Below, piece after piece: positions 49,366-63,825 of a DNA stretch of 64,000 nucleotides (the first letter of the stretch is position 1; every line of letters begins with the position of its first letter). The notes beneath the pieces were generated by a model. That model was not told where the DNA came from and did not search any database. It saw only the letters and a list, made by a program, of their open reading frames with translations. Position numbers and translations under genes: made by a program. Origin of the DNA: Octopus vulgaris (taxonomy: Eukaryota); the NCBI GenBank assembly GCA_951406725.2, contig OX597816.1, positions 58,900,001 to 58,964,000 of the forward strand, written 5' to 3'.

Positions 49366-49503
49366 GATGTGTGTGTGTGTGTGTGTGTGTGTGATCAAAC
49401 AGACTCCAACGTGGCTGGTGATTTTCTGCGTTGGCATGACTAATTTTATGTAGTTAAAAATCGACAAAAAGAAAATAGTGAAGTTTTCGTGAGGTGTGGA
49501 AAA

Positions 49504-49536
49504 TCTAACATTTCGGACACAGTCCTTCTTCAGAGC
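49504..49536 (-). ncRNA. Degenerate minimal hammerhead (Penelope-like LTR remnant)
   Basis: CT-CTGAAGA-A-GGAC-TGT-GTCC-GAAA-TGTT-AG. Confidence 0.45.
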
Positions 49537-49751
49537 AAAGTTGAAAAGAGAAACATTAATGAGAAACGACAGAGTTGTACATTGTGTAAGTTGCAGCCAG
49601 TTTATTTAACTTAGAAGGCGCAAAACTCTGCTGCCTTTCATTAATTCCGGTCCCTTCAGCTTTTCCCCTAAAAAATGAACTGTGTCCAAAGCGTTGCATT
49701 TTCTGCTCCTCATGGCAAGTTCACTGTATTCTCTGTGTGTGCATGTGTGTG

Positions 49752-49787
<36 letters not shown>

Positions 49788-51132
49788 TTAGGTTTTTACA
49801 TTGTGGATAGTTTAATTTGTATATTTGTGCTTTTGACAGCTCGACGGTTATTACATAATATTTAATATATGCACAATCCAACGGGTATCAGAATGACTAA
49901 AATATATTTAAATATTAGAAAGACTAACTGTGAGAGGAATCTTTAAGAATTTGAAAACACTCTTTCTGTGCTTTCGAAATGCAGAATAAAAGAGAGGGAG
50001 ACTCCTGATATATCAGCTAATATATAAAACAGTCAGAAATCAAGCTATTATATATTGTTTAATTATTGAAGAGCCGTCAAAAACTCAGATATGCTAAATA
50101 AACTATCCCTAACGGTGTAAGAGCATAATTTCTAACTACTTTCTAGTTATACTTTGTAATTGAATATTCTAAGCTATTGATCAGAGAAGGAAGTTGGCTA
50201 TGTTTCCTCAGAGGAACGAACAGTAAACTACGAAAGAGTTCATCGGAGATTCCTTCTCTTTCCCCGCACATTGAAAGCGTAGAGGGAATGCGTTTACAAT
50301 TTTATAATTTCTTCTCACAGTTAGGCTTCCTAATATTAAATTTTCATACATACACACGTACATACGCACACAAATACACACGCACGCACACATACACACA
50401 TATACATACACTTACATACACACATGAAGATACATACGTATGAAAGGAGACTCTGGGCAATCACTCGAAATGCTCAAAATCGCAGCCAATGCTTCCATCT
50501 AATTACACACTAGCTTTCAAAAAAGAAAGCTTAATTACAGAACTTACATTTTGGTATACAAATAGACAGATGATCACCACAGAAGGGCTTTCATCATATG
50601 ACTACTTAATGAAAGTTGATATGGAGATTATAAAAATTTGTGTAATTTTTTCCAGTTAACAACGAATTTTCTGCTTTATTAATCCTCCATTCTTTCTTCG
50701 GCTGCTCTGTTTTCTTATTTAACAGATTACTAGCATCCAAGTATACACATTAAATAATAACTCTCTATATAAGACCATGTTATTACTACCTTTTAGATAG
50801 CGTGTTAACACTTATATATTATTTGCGTGTTTGTGAGTATATGTGTATATGACTCTATTTATATATGTTTGTATGTGTGTGTGTGTGTATGTGCGAGTAT
50901 AAAGATAGATATATAGAAATATAAATAGAGTTGATGTATAAGAGCGTTAGAATAAACGAATAAAAAAAAATAATCCAAAGGGAGAGAGAGAAGAGTAAAA
51001 TTATGAGGAAATACCACTATCTTTAGTTATTTCTATCTCCTTATCTCCATCAATCCAGGTAGACTTACCTGTTCACGAAACATACTTTACGAGGATTACA
51101 ATTAGAGAATCAATCGTTTCCTAAACTACATG

Positions 51133-51183
<51 letters not shown>

Positions 51184-51319
51184 CCTGTCTGTCTGTCTGT
51201 CAGTCTGTCTGTATGTCTGTATGTCTATCTATCAGTCGGTCTGTTTGTCTGCCTGTCTGCTTGTCTGTCTGTCTGCCTATCTGACTGTTTGCCTGTCTGT
51301 ATGTGTGTGTGTGTGTGTA

Positions 51320-51351
<32 letters not shown>

Positions 51352-51567
51352 TGTGTGGTGTTTATTTATATGTTTATCAATTTATTTGTCCGTGTCTCTC
51401 CGTCAATTTTTGTCTCGGTCTGTTTGTCAATTTACTTTACCTATCTGTTTGCCTGTCAGTCTGTCAGTCTATCTATTTGTCAACTTTATGTATGTATGTA
51501 TGTATGTATGTATGTATGTATGTATGTATGTATGTATGTATGTATGCACGTATATATATATAGAGAG

Positions 51568-51610
<43 letters not shown>

Positions 51611-51619
51611 TAGACAGAC

Positions 51620-51695
<76 letters not shown>

Positions 51696-51838
51696 GGACA
51701 TGCATGCATGCATACATGTATACATACATGCATACATATATACACACACACATCTCTCTCTCTCTCTCTCTCACACTCTTTGTCTCTCTCCACACACAAA
51801 CACATCTGTCAATTTCTATCTCTCACTCTCTCTGTCTG

Positions 51839-51890
<52 letters not shown>

Positions 51891-51934
51891 CCTGTCTGTC
51901 TGTCTGTCTGTCTGTATGTATGTATGTATGTATG

Positions 51935-51999
<65 letters not shown>

Positions 52000-52652
52000 G
52001 TCTGTTTGCTCGCTTTTTTGTCCGTCTCCCTGCCTCCCTACGCATATCTTTCATCGATTCTATGTAATTATAGATTTCCAACTCTCTGGCAAATCTTGTC
52101 ACCAAAATAATTCCCCTGTCACGTTAAGATCACAGAATCTTCCGTCAATAAAACCTTACCTACAACATAGAGTATCTACAAGCTACAGTTTGTTATCCGT
52201 TAAAGAGAACTTCCTAATTTTACTTTTCTCCTACGTTCTTAATAAATACATTCATTCTTCTGTCATTCCTAGTATCCTTTCTTCTTCGTATCCATTTCGT
52301 TCTCACAGTCCTTATATTCCATATTATTGAGTCCGTCTTAGTCTAATTAAATATGACTGTTTATTTAAAGATATAGAGAATAAATGATGGAGAAAATAGA
52401 AGTGAATTGAAAGAATCACAGAAAGTCAGAAAGAAAGGGGAAGGATTAACAGTAGGATTTTCACGAGGGGGTGGTGATCGTTGGCTATCTGTGACACTGA
52501 CGGAGCTGGTCACCTCCACAGTCTGGTTAAGAGAGCAGTAGTTCTCTCTGCTCGACAGACGGACAGAACAGAGAAGAAGAGTAGGTGTTTAAACCGGCTG
52601 CTTTACTGGATTACTTTATCAGTCAGTCTCAACCAGTGATGGAGTTATAATA

Positions 52653-52747
52653 ATGCATTCTGAAGGGAAAGTTAATCTAGAAAAGACATCTTTAAAAGAT
52701 GCTGCTAGCATAGAAGATGGGGATATTGAGGTGAAACCCGAGAAAAC
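52653..52747 (+). CDS. Candidate first coding exon of an unidentified gene
   Basis: ATG after in-frame stops; MHSEGKVNLEKTSLKDAASIEDGDIEVKPEK; donor AC|GTGAGT; in a non-repetitive island. Confidence 0.4.
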
Positions 52748-52800
52748 GTGAGTAGAAACGAATACTTATATATCCATCGATCGATCCATCCATCCATCTA

Positions 52801-52935
<135 letters not shown>

Positions 52936-52944
52936 ATATATATA

Positions 52945-52975
<31 letters not shown>

Positions 52976-53020
52976 GTCTCTCTGTCTCTCTCGCTCTCTC
53001 TCTCTCTATCTATATATCTT

Positions 53021-53105
<85 letters not shown>

Positions 53106-53242
53106 ATATATATATACACACACACACATGCATAATACCACATATACATATATCCATATATATATATCTATATACATACATAAAACAGATATATATTTGC
53201 ATATATACTTACATAAAAGATATATATACACACACACACACA

Positions 53243-53278
<36 letters not shown>

Positions 53279-53590
53279 TGTATGTATGTATGTATTATGT
53301 ATATATGTATGTATGTATATATGAATATTCGTGTGTGAATATATGCGTGTATATTTGTATGTGAGAATATATATGCGTGTGGATGTTTGCGTCGATGTGA
53401 TGCACGCGCGTTTGTGTGCTCCTTCACTTTTCTTTTAACACACCTCACCTGTGAGTCTTGCTATGGAAAAGCAACAGGTTCTCCGATATATTAAACGTTC
53501 TTGTTAACGTATATTTGTGATTTCAAATGTCTGATCACATGCAACTAATTCGATGTATAAGCCACTACATAGGTGTTATATATATATATA

Positions 53591-53676
53591 TTGTTTGAAT
53601 CATTTTACTGTGGCCATGGTGGAGCCCGCCTTTTAGTCGAAATCCGCTCAGAAGGCTTTGCTCGGCCACTCCTGCG

Positions 53677-53678
<2 letters not shown>
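53591..53678 (-). mobile_element. 88-bp doubly deleted mini version of SINE S1
   Basis: Keeps the exact 5' end GGCGCAGGAGTGGC, one middle piece and the tail. Confidence 0.7.
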
Positions 53679-53738
<60 letters not shown>

Positions 53739-53765
53739 AAGGGGTTTGTATGATTGTGTATAAAG

Positions 53766-53801
<36 letters not shown>

Positions 53802-54069
53802 TTGTATATACATAAATGCATACATCTATACAAACAAACATATATATACATATACATGCATATACATACAACACATACTTTTAAATATAGTAATGTTTAT
53901 TTTTATGTGAAGTTATATATATATACACACACAAACACACACACACACATATATATATACACACATACATATATGCAAAAGAATATATATACACACACTC
54001 ACACATAAGAATATACACACACACACACATACATACATACATACATACATACATACATACATACATACA

Positions 54070-54150
<81 letters not shown>

Positions 54151-54234
54151 TCATAAACTTTCGAGAGAAAATGCAATAATTTTTGGTGGGAGGAATATAT
54201 CTCGAGGCTCAGCTTTTCCAACATTATATGTATG

Positions 54235-54368
<134 letters not shown>

Positions 54369-54454
54369 TTATAAAATGAGATAGGGGTTGAAAAATGAGA
54401 TAGGGGTTGATGTTTTATTGATTTAAGTATGTTTCTCCATTTTCTAATTTTGTA

Positions 54455-54516
<62 letters not shown>

Positions 54517-54603
54517 ATATATATGTATATGTATGTATGTATGTATGTATATATATATGTATATATATGTGTATGCAAGTATGTGTGCATATATGTATAT
54601 ATA

Positions 54604-54639
<36 letters not shown>

Positions 54640-55280
54640 TGTGTGTGTGTATGTAAGTATTAATGCATATGCGTCTGTGTGTGTGTGTGTGTGTGTGTGT
54701 TTGTGTGTGCGTGTGGGCACGCGTGCGCACGTGTATGTATGTGTGCAGTAAATAGTCTAACTATTGTATATGCATGCATTAATGTTATATATTACATAAA
54801 AAATGTATATTTCCGTGCGTAGGTGTGTACTGGCGTTTTTGTTTGAATATTGGAAAGAAATAAAACAATTGCTGTATTCAATAACAATTGTATTTTCAGA
54901 AAAATATCTTTTACGGCATTTTAAAACCTACTATATTGATTTGGAGTCTATGTGTAAATCTATATTAATTGGCATATGCAAATGTAAACATATGCACGTG
55001 CATGTGAATATATATATATATATATATATACATACATAGGTATATGTATAGAACTATACATTTATACATACCCGTGTGTATCTGTGTGTTCCTCTCTAAA
55101 TAAAATGTTCTCGTAAGCTTCATATTAAATTTTATTGCAATTTTCTATATCTAAACAAATGAAATATACACATATATCCACATATCCATATATAGACATA
55201 TATATATATAGTCATGCACGCAAGCGCGCGAATGGACACAATTATGGACACCCACACGGAAACACATCACACACATACAC

Positions 55281-55344
<64 letters not shown>

Positions 55345-55708
55345 ATGTCTGTGTGGTAAGTAGCTTGCTTACCAACCACATGGTTCCGGGTTCAGTCCCA
55401 CTGCGTAGTACCTTGAACAAGTGTCTTCTACTATAGCCTCGGGCCGACCAAAGCCTTGTGAGTGGATTTGGTAGACGGAAATTGAAAGAAGCCCGTCATA
55501 TATGTGTGTGTGTATTTGTGTATATGTATTTGTCCCTCCTCCCCCCATCATCGCTTGACAACCGATGCTAATGTGTCTACGCCCCCGCAGCCTAGCGGTT
55601 CATCAAAAATGACAGAAAGAATAAGTACTAGGCTTACAAATAAGTCCTAGGGTCGATTTGGTTGACTTAAAGGCGGTGCTCCAGCAAGGCCGCGGTCAAA
55701 TGACTGAA

Positions 55709-55754
<46 letters not shown>

Positions 55755-55800
55755 GTATGTATGTGTATGTATATACTTTTAAACGCTCACACACATACAC

Positions 55801-55859
<59 letters not shown>

Positions 55860-56489
55860 TATATTACACATATTACACATCTTTAACTTGTTTCAGTCGT
55901 TACACTGCGGCCATGCTGGGGTACCGCGTCGGAGAATTTTAGTCAATTGAATTGATCCCAGTATTTTTTTTAAAGCCTGGTACCTATTCTATCGTTTTGT
56001 TTTGCCGAACTGCTAAGTTACAGGAACGTAAATACACTAACAGTAGTTATGAAGTGGTGGCGGGAGACAAACAGACGCAAAGGCACACACACGTATACTC
56101 ACACACACACACACTCACATACACACACAGACACACACATCGGGCTTTTCAGCTTGCGTTTACCAAATGAACTTACAGGGTTTTGCTTGTCCCGAGGCTG
56201 AACACGGAACCACACAGGCACGCCTGCGCCTAAGGATATGTGTATATATATACACACACACATATTCTCGATAAAGTGGCGGGAAATCTTGCGAGCTCTG
56301 CTTTCCAGATGCACTTGGGATGAGGATTGGGAAAACCCTAGTGTGGAGATACCGAATCGTGAAATCTGGGGAGGAGTTGTGGGTTTACCTCGATTAAAAT
56401 CACCAAATGATGAGGATAATAGTCATGATGATTATCATGATGACGACGACGACGGCGATACATTTGTTTGAGTCTTGTGTGAGAGTGTA

Positions 56490-56558
<69 letters not shown>

Positions 56559-58260
56559 TTGTGCGCGCGCGCGTATTTAGGTATATATGTATATGTTTCC
56601 GCGTGTGTACGTGTTTCTGAACATAATTCTTACAAAATTTTAGCACAGAGCCAAAATTAGAATTTTCTGGGGGAGAAGAAAGTCGATTACATCAGCCCTG
56701 GTGCTCAATTGGTAGTTATTTTATTGACCCCTAAAAAAATGAAATGCAAAGTAGATCTCGGAAGTATTTGAACTCAGAACGTAAAGAGCCAGAAGAAATG
56801 TCGATAAACATTTTTGTGCAGTTCGGTAGTGATTCCGCCAGCTGTCTTTAGGTATGTCTTGCCTTGGGCGTGTCTTGGGCGTTGTTAAACCTCGCAGAGC
56901 TTAATGACGTAGTGAGAATGTGTACCACTCGGAGCAGCTCTTGAGTTTTCCCCCACCCAACCCCGATAAACAACCTGTACAAACTTATACAGCAGAGCCA
57001 CAAGTGTCGCTCTCATAAAAGAGTTACCTGGTTGGGTGCGGACCGCCCTTACACATCCAACCTTAGCTATGGTATTTGCGGAGCCCAACCCTCTGTTAGT
57101 CTGTCCATAATCGATTTCTTGTAGAAAAAAAGAGACACGCAGGCAGAAGGGAAGGAAAAAGGAAGGAAGGAAGGAAGGAAGGAAGGAAGGAAGGAAGGGG
57201 AGAAAGGAAGGAAGGAAGGAAGGAAGGAAGGAAGGAAGGAAGGAAGGAAGGAAGGGGGAAGGAAAGGGAGAAAGGAAGAAGAAAAAAGAAAGAAACAAAG
57301 AAAGAAAGAAGAAGGAAAGCAAGAAAGAAAGGAAGGAAAGAAAAAATGAAAGAAAGAAAGGGAGAAAGAAAGAAAGAAAGAATGAAAGAAAGAATGAAAG
57401 AAAGAAAGGAAGGAAGAAAGAAAACGTATGGGGTTCATTCCTATCCAGGTCTGGCCACAGTAGATTTCTTCCAGAAAGAGAAATGAACGGCGAGAAAAGA
57501 AAGTGAGAAAAGAGAAAAATAGTGCATGTATAGAATATTGTAAAACACTTCGTCTTCGTAAGCAACATAAATGGGACCAGTTGCACTAATTTCAATTAGT
57601 TATATTCATGGATTTTAGCCAACATGGTTGTCTCTCATGCCTAGGAGACACGAGCACTTTCACAGAAATGACGGGCTTCTAGTTTCCGCCTCCAAAATGC
57701 ACTCACATTGATTGTGGTTAGCCCGAGGTTATAGTTGAAGACACATGCCAAGGTGCCGCACAGTGGGACTGAATATGAAACCACGTGGCTGGAAAGCGAA
57801 TTTCTTACCCATATAGCCATATTAACCAACACGGTTATGTTCCTAAATACTAGCTAACAAGGTTATATCTATAGATATACAAATATACACAAATATATCG
57901 GTAGTTATTAGCCTACACGATTATATCTATAGCTATTAACACAGATATATCTGTAGATATTCGCCTACACAGATATAACTATTGCTAGCAATTAACCTAC
58001 ACATTTATATATATAGTTATTAACCTACACAGATATGTGAAGCCTACACAATTAATGTCTATAGATTTTAACCAGGTGTGAGACAATACAGACATATCTA
58101 GCCTACACAATTAATGTCTATAATTTTTAACCAGGTATTAGACAACACAGTTATATCTATTGATAGTTACCAACAAATAAATGTTTTCGTGTATAACGGT
58201 ATTGAATCAAATGTGTCATCTCGCGAGTGAGCGAGCGAGCGCTAATGGTAGTATGTAACC

Positions 58261-58491
58261 TATTTCTTTACTACCCACAAGGGGCTAAACACAGAGAGGA
58301 CAAACAAGGACAGACAAACGGATTAAGTCGATTATATCGACCCCAGTGCGTAACTGGTACTTATTTAATCGACCCCGAAAGGATGAAAGGCAAAGTCGAC
58401 CTCGGCGGAATTTGAACTCAGAACGTAGCGGCAGGTGAAATACCGCTAAGCATTTCGCCCGGCATGCTAACGATTCTGTCAGCTCGCCGCC
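58261..58491 (-). mobile_element. SINE S2
   Basis: Full copy; GTATGTAACCT repeated at 58251 and 58499. Confidence 0.9.
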
Positions 58492-59109
58492 CCTCCTTGT
58501 ATGTAACCTGACACCCATACTGTTGCGCGATAGGGTCGTCGGTGTCTTAAGTGAAGAAGTATATCAAAGGGCGGATGAAATCAGGACGGTCAACAGCCAG
58601 TCAATGTTGTGTAATTGTGCATAGACTATATTTCGGGTGGATTACGTGAAGGAAACCCAACCATCATTGTTGAAGTTTCAACGGGCAGAACGGTAATATA
58701 AACAACGTCGCTGTGATCTGAGATCTCTCTCTCTGATCTCAGATCACGGTGAGACACAGGGACCATCCTGATCATTCCACAGCAATTCTGACATACCCCA
58801 CTCATCCTTGTCACTTTGCAACTAGTTCAGGAAGTCAGAGACTTCACGCACAATCTGCCTTTTTTATAGTGTAATTTCACTGCAAGTCAAGACTTGAACA
58901 GACAGCAGAACTTTCGTTGTGACAGATGACGTATTACATGAGTCTGCAACAATGAAATACTGTCTTGTAGTATAGTACACGGACATGTAGTATAGAGGAG
59001 AGGGTTCACGTATCTTTTGTTGCCTATGTAATTGCATTCTCTATTGTGGTGGAGTCATGAAAATACTCGGAAACTAAAGACGAACAACATATCAATAACA
59101 GTTGAAGAC

Positions 59110-59360
59110 GGCGGCGAGCTGGCAGAAACATTAGCTGGCAGAAACATTAGCACGCTGGGCGAAATGCGTAGCCGTATTTCGTCTGCCGTTACGTTCTGAG
59201 TTCAAATTCCGCCGAGGTCGACTTTGCCTTTCATCCTTTCGGGGTCGATTAAATAAGTACCAGTTACGCACTGGGGTCGATATAATCGACTTAATCCGTT
59301 TGTCTGTCCTTGTTTGTCCTCTCCGTGTTTAGCCCCTTGTGGGTAGTAAAGAAATAGGTA
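59110..59360 (+). mobile_element. SINE S2 (3' part also at 63476-63610; degraded copies at 37000-37120 and 56640-56845)
   Basis: B box GAGTTCAAATTC; internal 16-bp duplication CTGGCAGAAACATTAG. Confidence 0.9.
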
Positions 59361-59735
59361 CTCTGTCACTGGATTGAAACAATTCCGGCTGACTTCGCGT
59401 CTTCTGTCTACAAACATATTGTATAAAAAGACAAGGTGTTTATAAATGTCAAATACGTACAATGAAGGCTAAAATCTATAGATATATTCTACAGTATATA
59501 GCAGCTTTAAAGAAGCACTTTGTAAAGAAAATTTATCAGACCTTAAAAAATAAGATCAATTCTAAATATAGAGAACTAATTGGCGTAACAATCAAATAGT
59601 TAATGTCATTAGTGATGTGTTGAGGTGCACCTGGATGATATAAAGACCATCACTTGGTGGAGCGAGGTGGGGTGTAAATCACCAATAATTTTCCATTCAC
59701 TGTAGACAACTTTCTCATGAGGTCTGGGCAACTAA

Positions 59736-59781
<46 letters not shown>

Positions 59782-59851
59782 GCTATATATGTATATATAC
59801 ATACATATATGTATATATGTATTCATATATGTCTATATGTATATACGCTAA

Positions 59852-59905
<54 letters not shown>

Positions 59906-59932
59906 TATATAAATACATAAATATATAAATAC

Positions 59933-59981
<49 letters not shown>

Positions 59982-60299
59982 AAAATTATAAAATTCGAGG
60001 AAAAACCTTACATTGAATAAAATACATATTGACCTTAATGAAGGAAATATAATTAATACATGGAAATTGAAATGCATTAAAAATATGCATAAAAAATATA
60101 ACACAGCAATACATATTCATATTAAAGTATACATATATATCAACATACACAGAATAGATGCGTGCGAACCCCATACATATACAGACGTATAAATATTAAG
60201 CTAAAATATACACACAAACGCATGTATACATATGTATACGCAATCTAGTTCGCACGCAAGCTGGATAGAGTTGACATATCGGTTCCATTCTAGCAAAAA

Positions 60300-60337
60300 C
60301 TGTCCGATGAACGGCAACGGGAAACTCAGAGTAACAG
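60300..60337 (+). ncRNA. Minimal type I hammerhead fold with variant core CCGATGA
   Basis: Stem I CTGT/ACAG; stem II CG-GCAA-CG; GAAAC-TCAGA-GTA with near-palindrome ACTC-A-GAGT. Confidence 0.6.
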
Positions 60338-60439
60338 GTTTTGTTGAATTTTCTGTTGCTTTAAATAAAGCATATTACTCTACCACTGGTATTTGAGTAC
60401 TCTTTTTTCCACCTTGTTTCACATTTATGTGTTTACTCC

Positions 60440-60505
<66 letters not shown>

Positions 60506-60553
60506 TATATGATTACATATATACACACATTTGCACATATTATGCATGTAGGC

Positions 60554-60586
<33 letters not shown>

Positions 60587-60989
60587 TGTATGTATGTACG
60601 TACGTACGTACGTATGTATGTATGTATGTATGTATGTATGTATGTATAAATGGGTAATGTCGAATATGAACGCATTGAATGCCATTGACCTCCGGTATAA
60701 AACAGAAGCGACCTTTACAAATATACCATCAATGTTCAATATGCACATATTTGACATTAGCTCTCATGTTTATACAATATAATATAAAGCGGTAATTAGC
60801 GCAGTTTAATTAATTACAAGAGTTTAATTAATTACAATACTCTCTCTTTGGATCAAAAAATATTATTTACAATACATACCTAAACAATTATGAAATCCCT
60901 GAATCATCATCACCACCACCACCACTACTGCTACCGCCGCCACCACCACCACCACCATTACCACCATCACTACCATCAGCCACTGGTGC

Positions 60990-61270
60990 TATAAAAAGAA
61001 AACTCCAACACACCAATTCGGCATTTAATCTCCTTCGAAGTAGCCCCCATCTGCTTTATCCTGCAACGACGTTTCCACTGATTGAAGCATTCTGGGATCT
61101 CCCCCCACCTTTTTTTATTTTCTTTCCTGAAAGCGAGCAGGCGCCTTGTCGCATTCTCTTGGACTTCCACGATGTCTTGAAATCTTGTTTCTTTCAAATG
61201 GGATTTGATTTTCGGAAAGAGGGAAGAAGTAGCAAAGGGCGACATTTTGTTTGACAACAGCCGCCACATT
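60990..61270 (-). pseudogene. mariner C-terminal remnant
   Basis: LFPKIKSHLKETRFQDIVEVQENATRRL...CFNQWKRR. Confidence 0.75.
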
Positions 61271-61719
61271 TATTTTTCTTGCAAAACGAACAAGATGAGA
61301 GGATGAAACATCTGTATAAATTTATTTTGACAGAGGCTTGTACGACATAGATACCATTCTTGAAGAGTTCATTGTTAAATAACTAGTGTCAAATAACAGC
61401 AAAATCACGAGAAATTATTTCAAAAACGGGTGTAAATACCAGAGGACCATCTCCTAATCGTTTTTTTTTTCCTTGTAAAGATATTCGATAATTCTGTTGG
61501 GTTTTGATTCTGGATTTTTCTTATTCCATGTAGTTCAACTGCACGCCCAGCCACAAACCTTGGTATTTCTACGTATCTGCACAAAGCCTACTTACTTATG
61601 TATGTATGTATGTATGTATGTATGTATGTATGTACGTACGTAATGTGTGTGCGTGTATGTATGTATGCATGCATTCATATACATACATACATACATACAT
61701 ACATACATACATACATACA

Positions 61720-61755
<36 letters not shown>

Positions 61756-61759
61756 TATA

Positions 61760-61890
61760 GTTCAAATTTACAGAAAACAAAAGACGAAGACAGGTGAGAG
61801 AACAATAAGCAGGTGTATTAGTTTGGCCCTCGGGTAGAATGGAAAGGTCTTTGACGTTTCGAGACCACGCTCTTCGACAGAAAGGGATGA
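61760..61890 (-). mobile_element. Penelope-like LTR fragment with variant hammerhead at 61849-61884; related pieces at 7828-7890 and 8718-8772
   Basis: CTTT-CTGTCGA-A-GAG-CGTGGT-CTC-GAAAC-GTC-AAAG. Confidence 0.55.
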
Positions 61891-62125
61891 GAGGAAAAGG
61901 TACAAAGTTCAAAAGGTTCAGAGAGTTCGAGAAGTCGTGATAGATTAGTGCGATATACATCAACAGAAGTGGACAGTAAGATCTATAGAGGTAGAGTCCG
62001 AAAAAATACAGATAGAGATACCAAAAGTTCAAGAAGACGGTAGAAGTGAGAGTCAAGAAAAGGAAGGAGTTCAGTCAGGCAAGATGAAATGAAGTAACCA
62101 CGTGCATATTTCTATATATAGAAAC

Positions 62126-62223
<98 letters not shown>

Positions 62224-62238
62224 ATAAATATGCACATA

Positions 62239-62799
62239 TTGGGTTGTCCGGAAAGTTCGTGCAGATTTATAGTAGCTTACCCTTAAACTTATTTTAGAAC
62301 ATGGTTGAGTCTATAAAATAGGATTTGACTACACCTCCAATTTTAGCACAGTTTAAGCTTTTCGTGGAAGAAGGTTTATGTACCTATAACCTGTGTTAAT
62401 TCTGTAACCCTTTAAAATGGAAGATAAGAAAGTTCATTTTCGGCGCTTGATGCTTTGGGAACTAAACAAAAATTGCTGCAGCTCGGCTGTGATGTGTTAC
62501 TCCACCCTCCATATTCACCAGATATTGCTCCTTCGGGTTTCCACTTATTCTAGGTCTGCAGAATAGCCTTAATGGTAAAAATTTCAATTCCTTGGATAAC
62601 GTAAAAAGATACCTTGTTGAATTCTTTGCCATGAAACCACCTCAATTCTGGGAAGAGGGTATTTTCAAGTTAAAGGAAAGATAGAGACACATTGTGCAAC
62701 AAAATGGTTCATATTTGGTTGATTAAAAATGTAATGGTAAGTATTTATTGACCTTTTTCTTTCCTTTAAAAATCGGCACGAACTTTCCGGACAGCCCAA
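62239..62799 (+). mobile_element. Internally deleted mariner with both TIRs
   Basis: TTGGGTTGTCCGGAAAGTTCGTGC / GCACGAACTTTCCGGACAGCCCAA; MEDKKVHFR and HPPYSPDIAPS motifs. Confidence 0.9.
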
Positions 62800-63607
62800 C
62801 ACATACACACATGTAAATATTATAACTGATTGACTCAGCTCTTCATTACTTGATGTTTCGTGGATGTAAGGTGCATCCACATCATCAGATGTTCGAAGTC
62901 AGAGTAGAGAGAATTTAAAAGAAAAAGAAAATAGCTTCTAGTTATTTAAGCTTCCATTAAGCAGTTCAGGTCACTATTTTTTTCTTTTTGTTTTGTTATC
63001 ATAATGGCATCGATTCTATTATCGGTAGGGCCACATGGTGAACAAACATGTCATTCAGGACACATCGTCGGCATTATGCAGAATGTAACATTTCAGCGAT
63101 ATAAGGTTTTTACATTGTATGCTACTGCAATAGGTATTGGCAGACAACATGATGGCATCAGTCATGCTAGTATAACTATCGCTTGTTATCCCTTCGACTT
63201 CATATATCCCCATAACTTCCTGAAAAATGTCTACAAATGCAATTTTGCAGAGATAGGTTTTCGAGATTGCAGATTACGATTATGTCTTCTTTTTTTTTAC
63301 TACTTTCAGTCATTGGACTGCGGCCATGCTGGGGCACCACCTTGAATTTTTAGTTGAATAAATGAATAGATCCCAGTACTTTTTTAAGCTTCGTACTTAT
63401 TCTGTCGGTCTCTTTTGCTGAACCGCTGATTTACAGGGACGCAAATACACCAACACCTAGGGCAGAGAAGCTCATTTGCCTTTCATCCTTTCGGGGTCGA
63501 TTAAATAAGTACCAGTTACGCACTGGGGTCGATATAATCGACTTAATCCGTTTGTCTGTCCTTGTTTGTCCTTTCTGTGTTTAGCCCCTTGTGGATAGTA
63601 AAGAAAT

Positions 63608-63608
63608 A

Positions 63609-63656
<48 letters not shown>

Positions 63657-63762
63657 GTTGTTGTTGTTGTTATTGTTGTTGTTGTTGTTGTTACTGTTGT
63701 TGTTGCTGTTGTTGTTGTTGTTGTTGTTATTGTTGTTGTTGTTGTTTATTATTATTATTATA

Positions 63763-63825
<63 letters not shown>
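63608..63825. repeat. (TTA)n/(TTG)n microsatellite
   Basis: Directly visible. Confidence 0.95.

Noticed and set aside
56885-57595. 236-aa ORF and possible exon at 57030-57118
   Set aside because: Mostly (GAAG/GAAA)n repeat; weak acceptor and no recognisable protein
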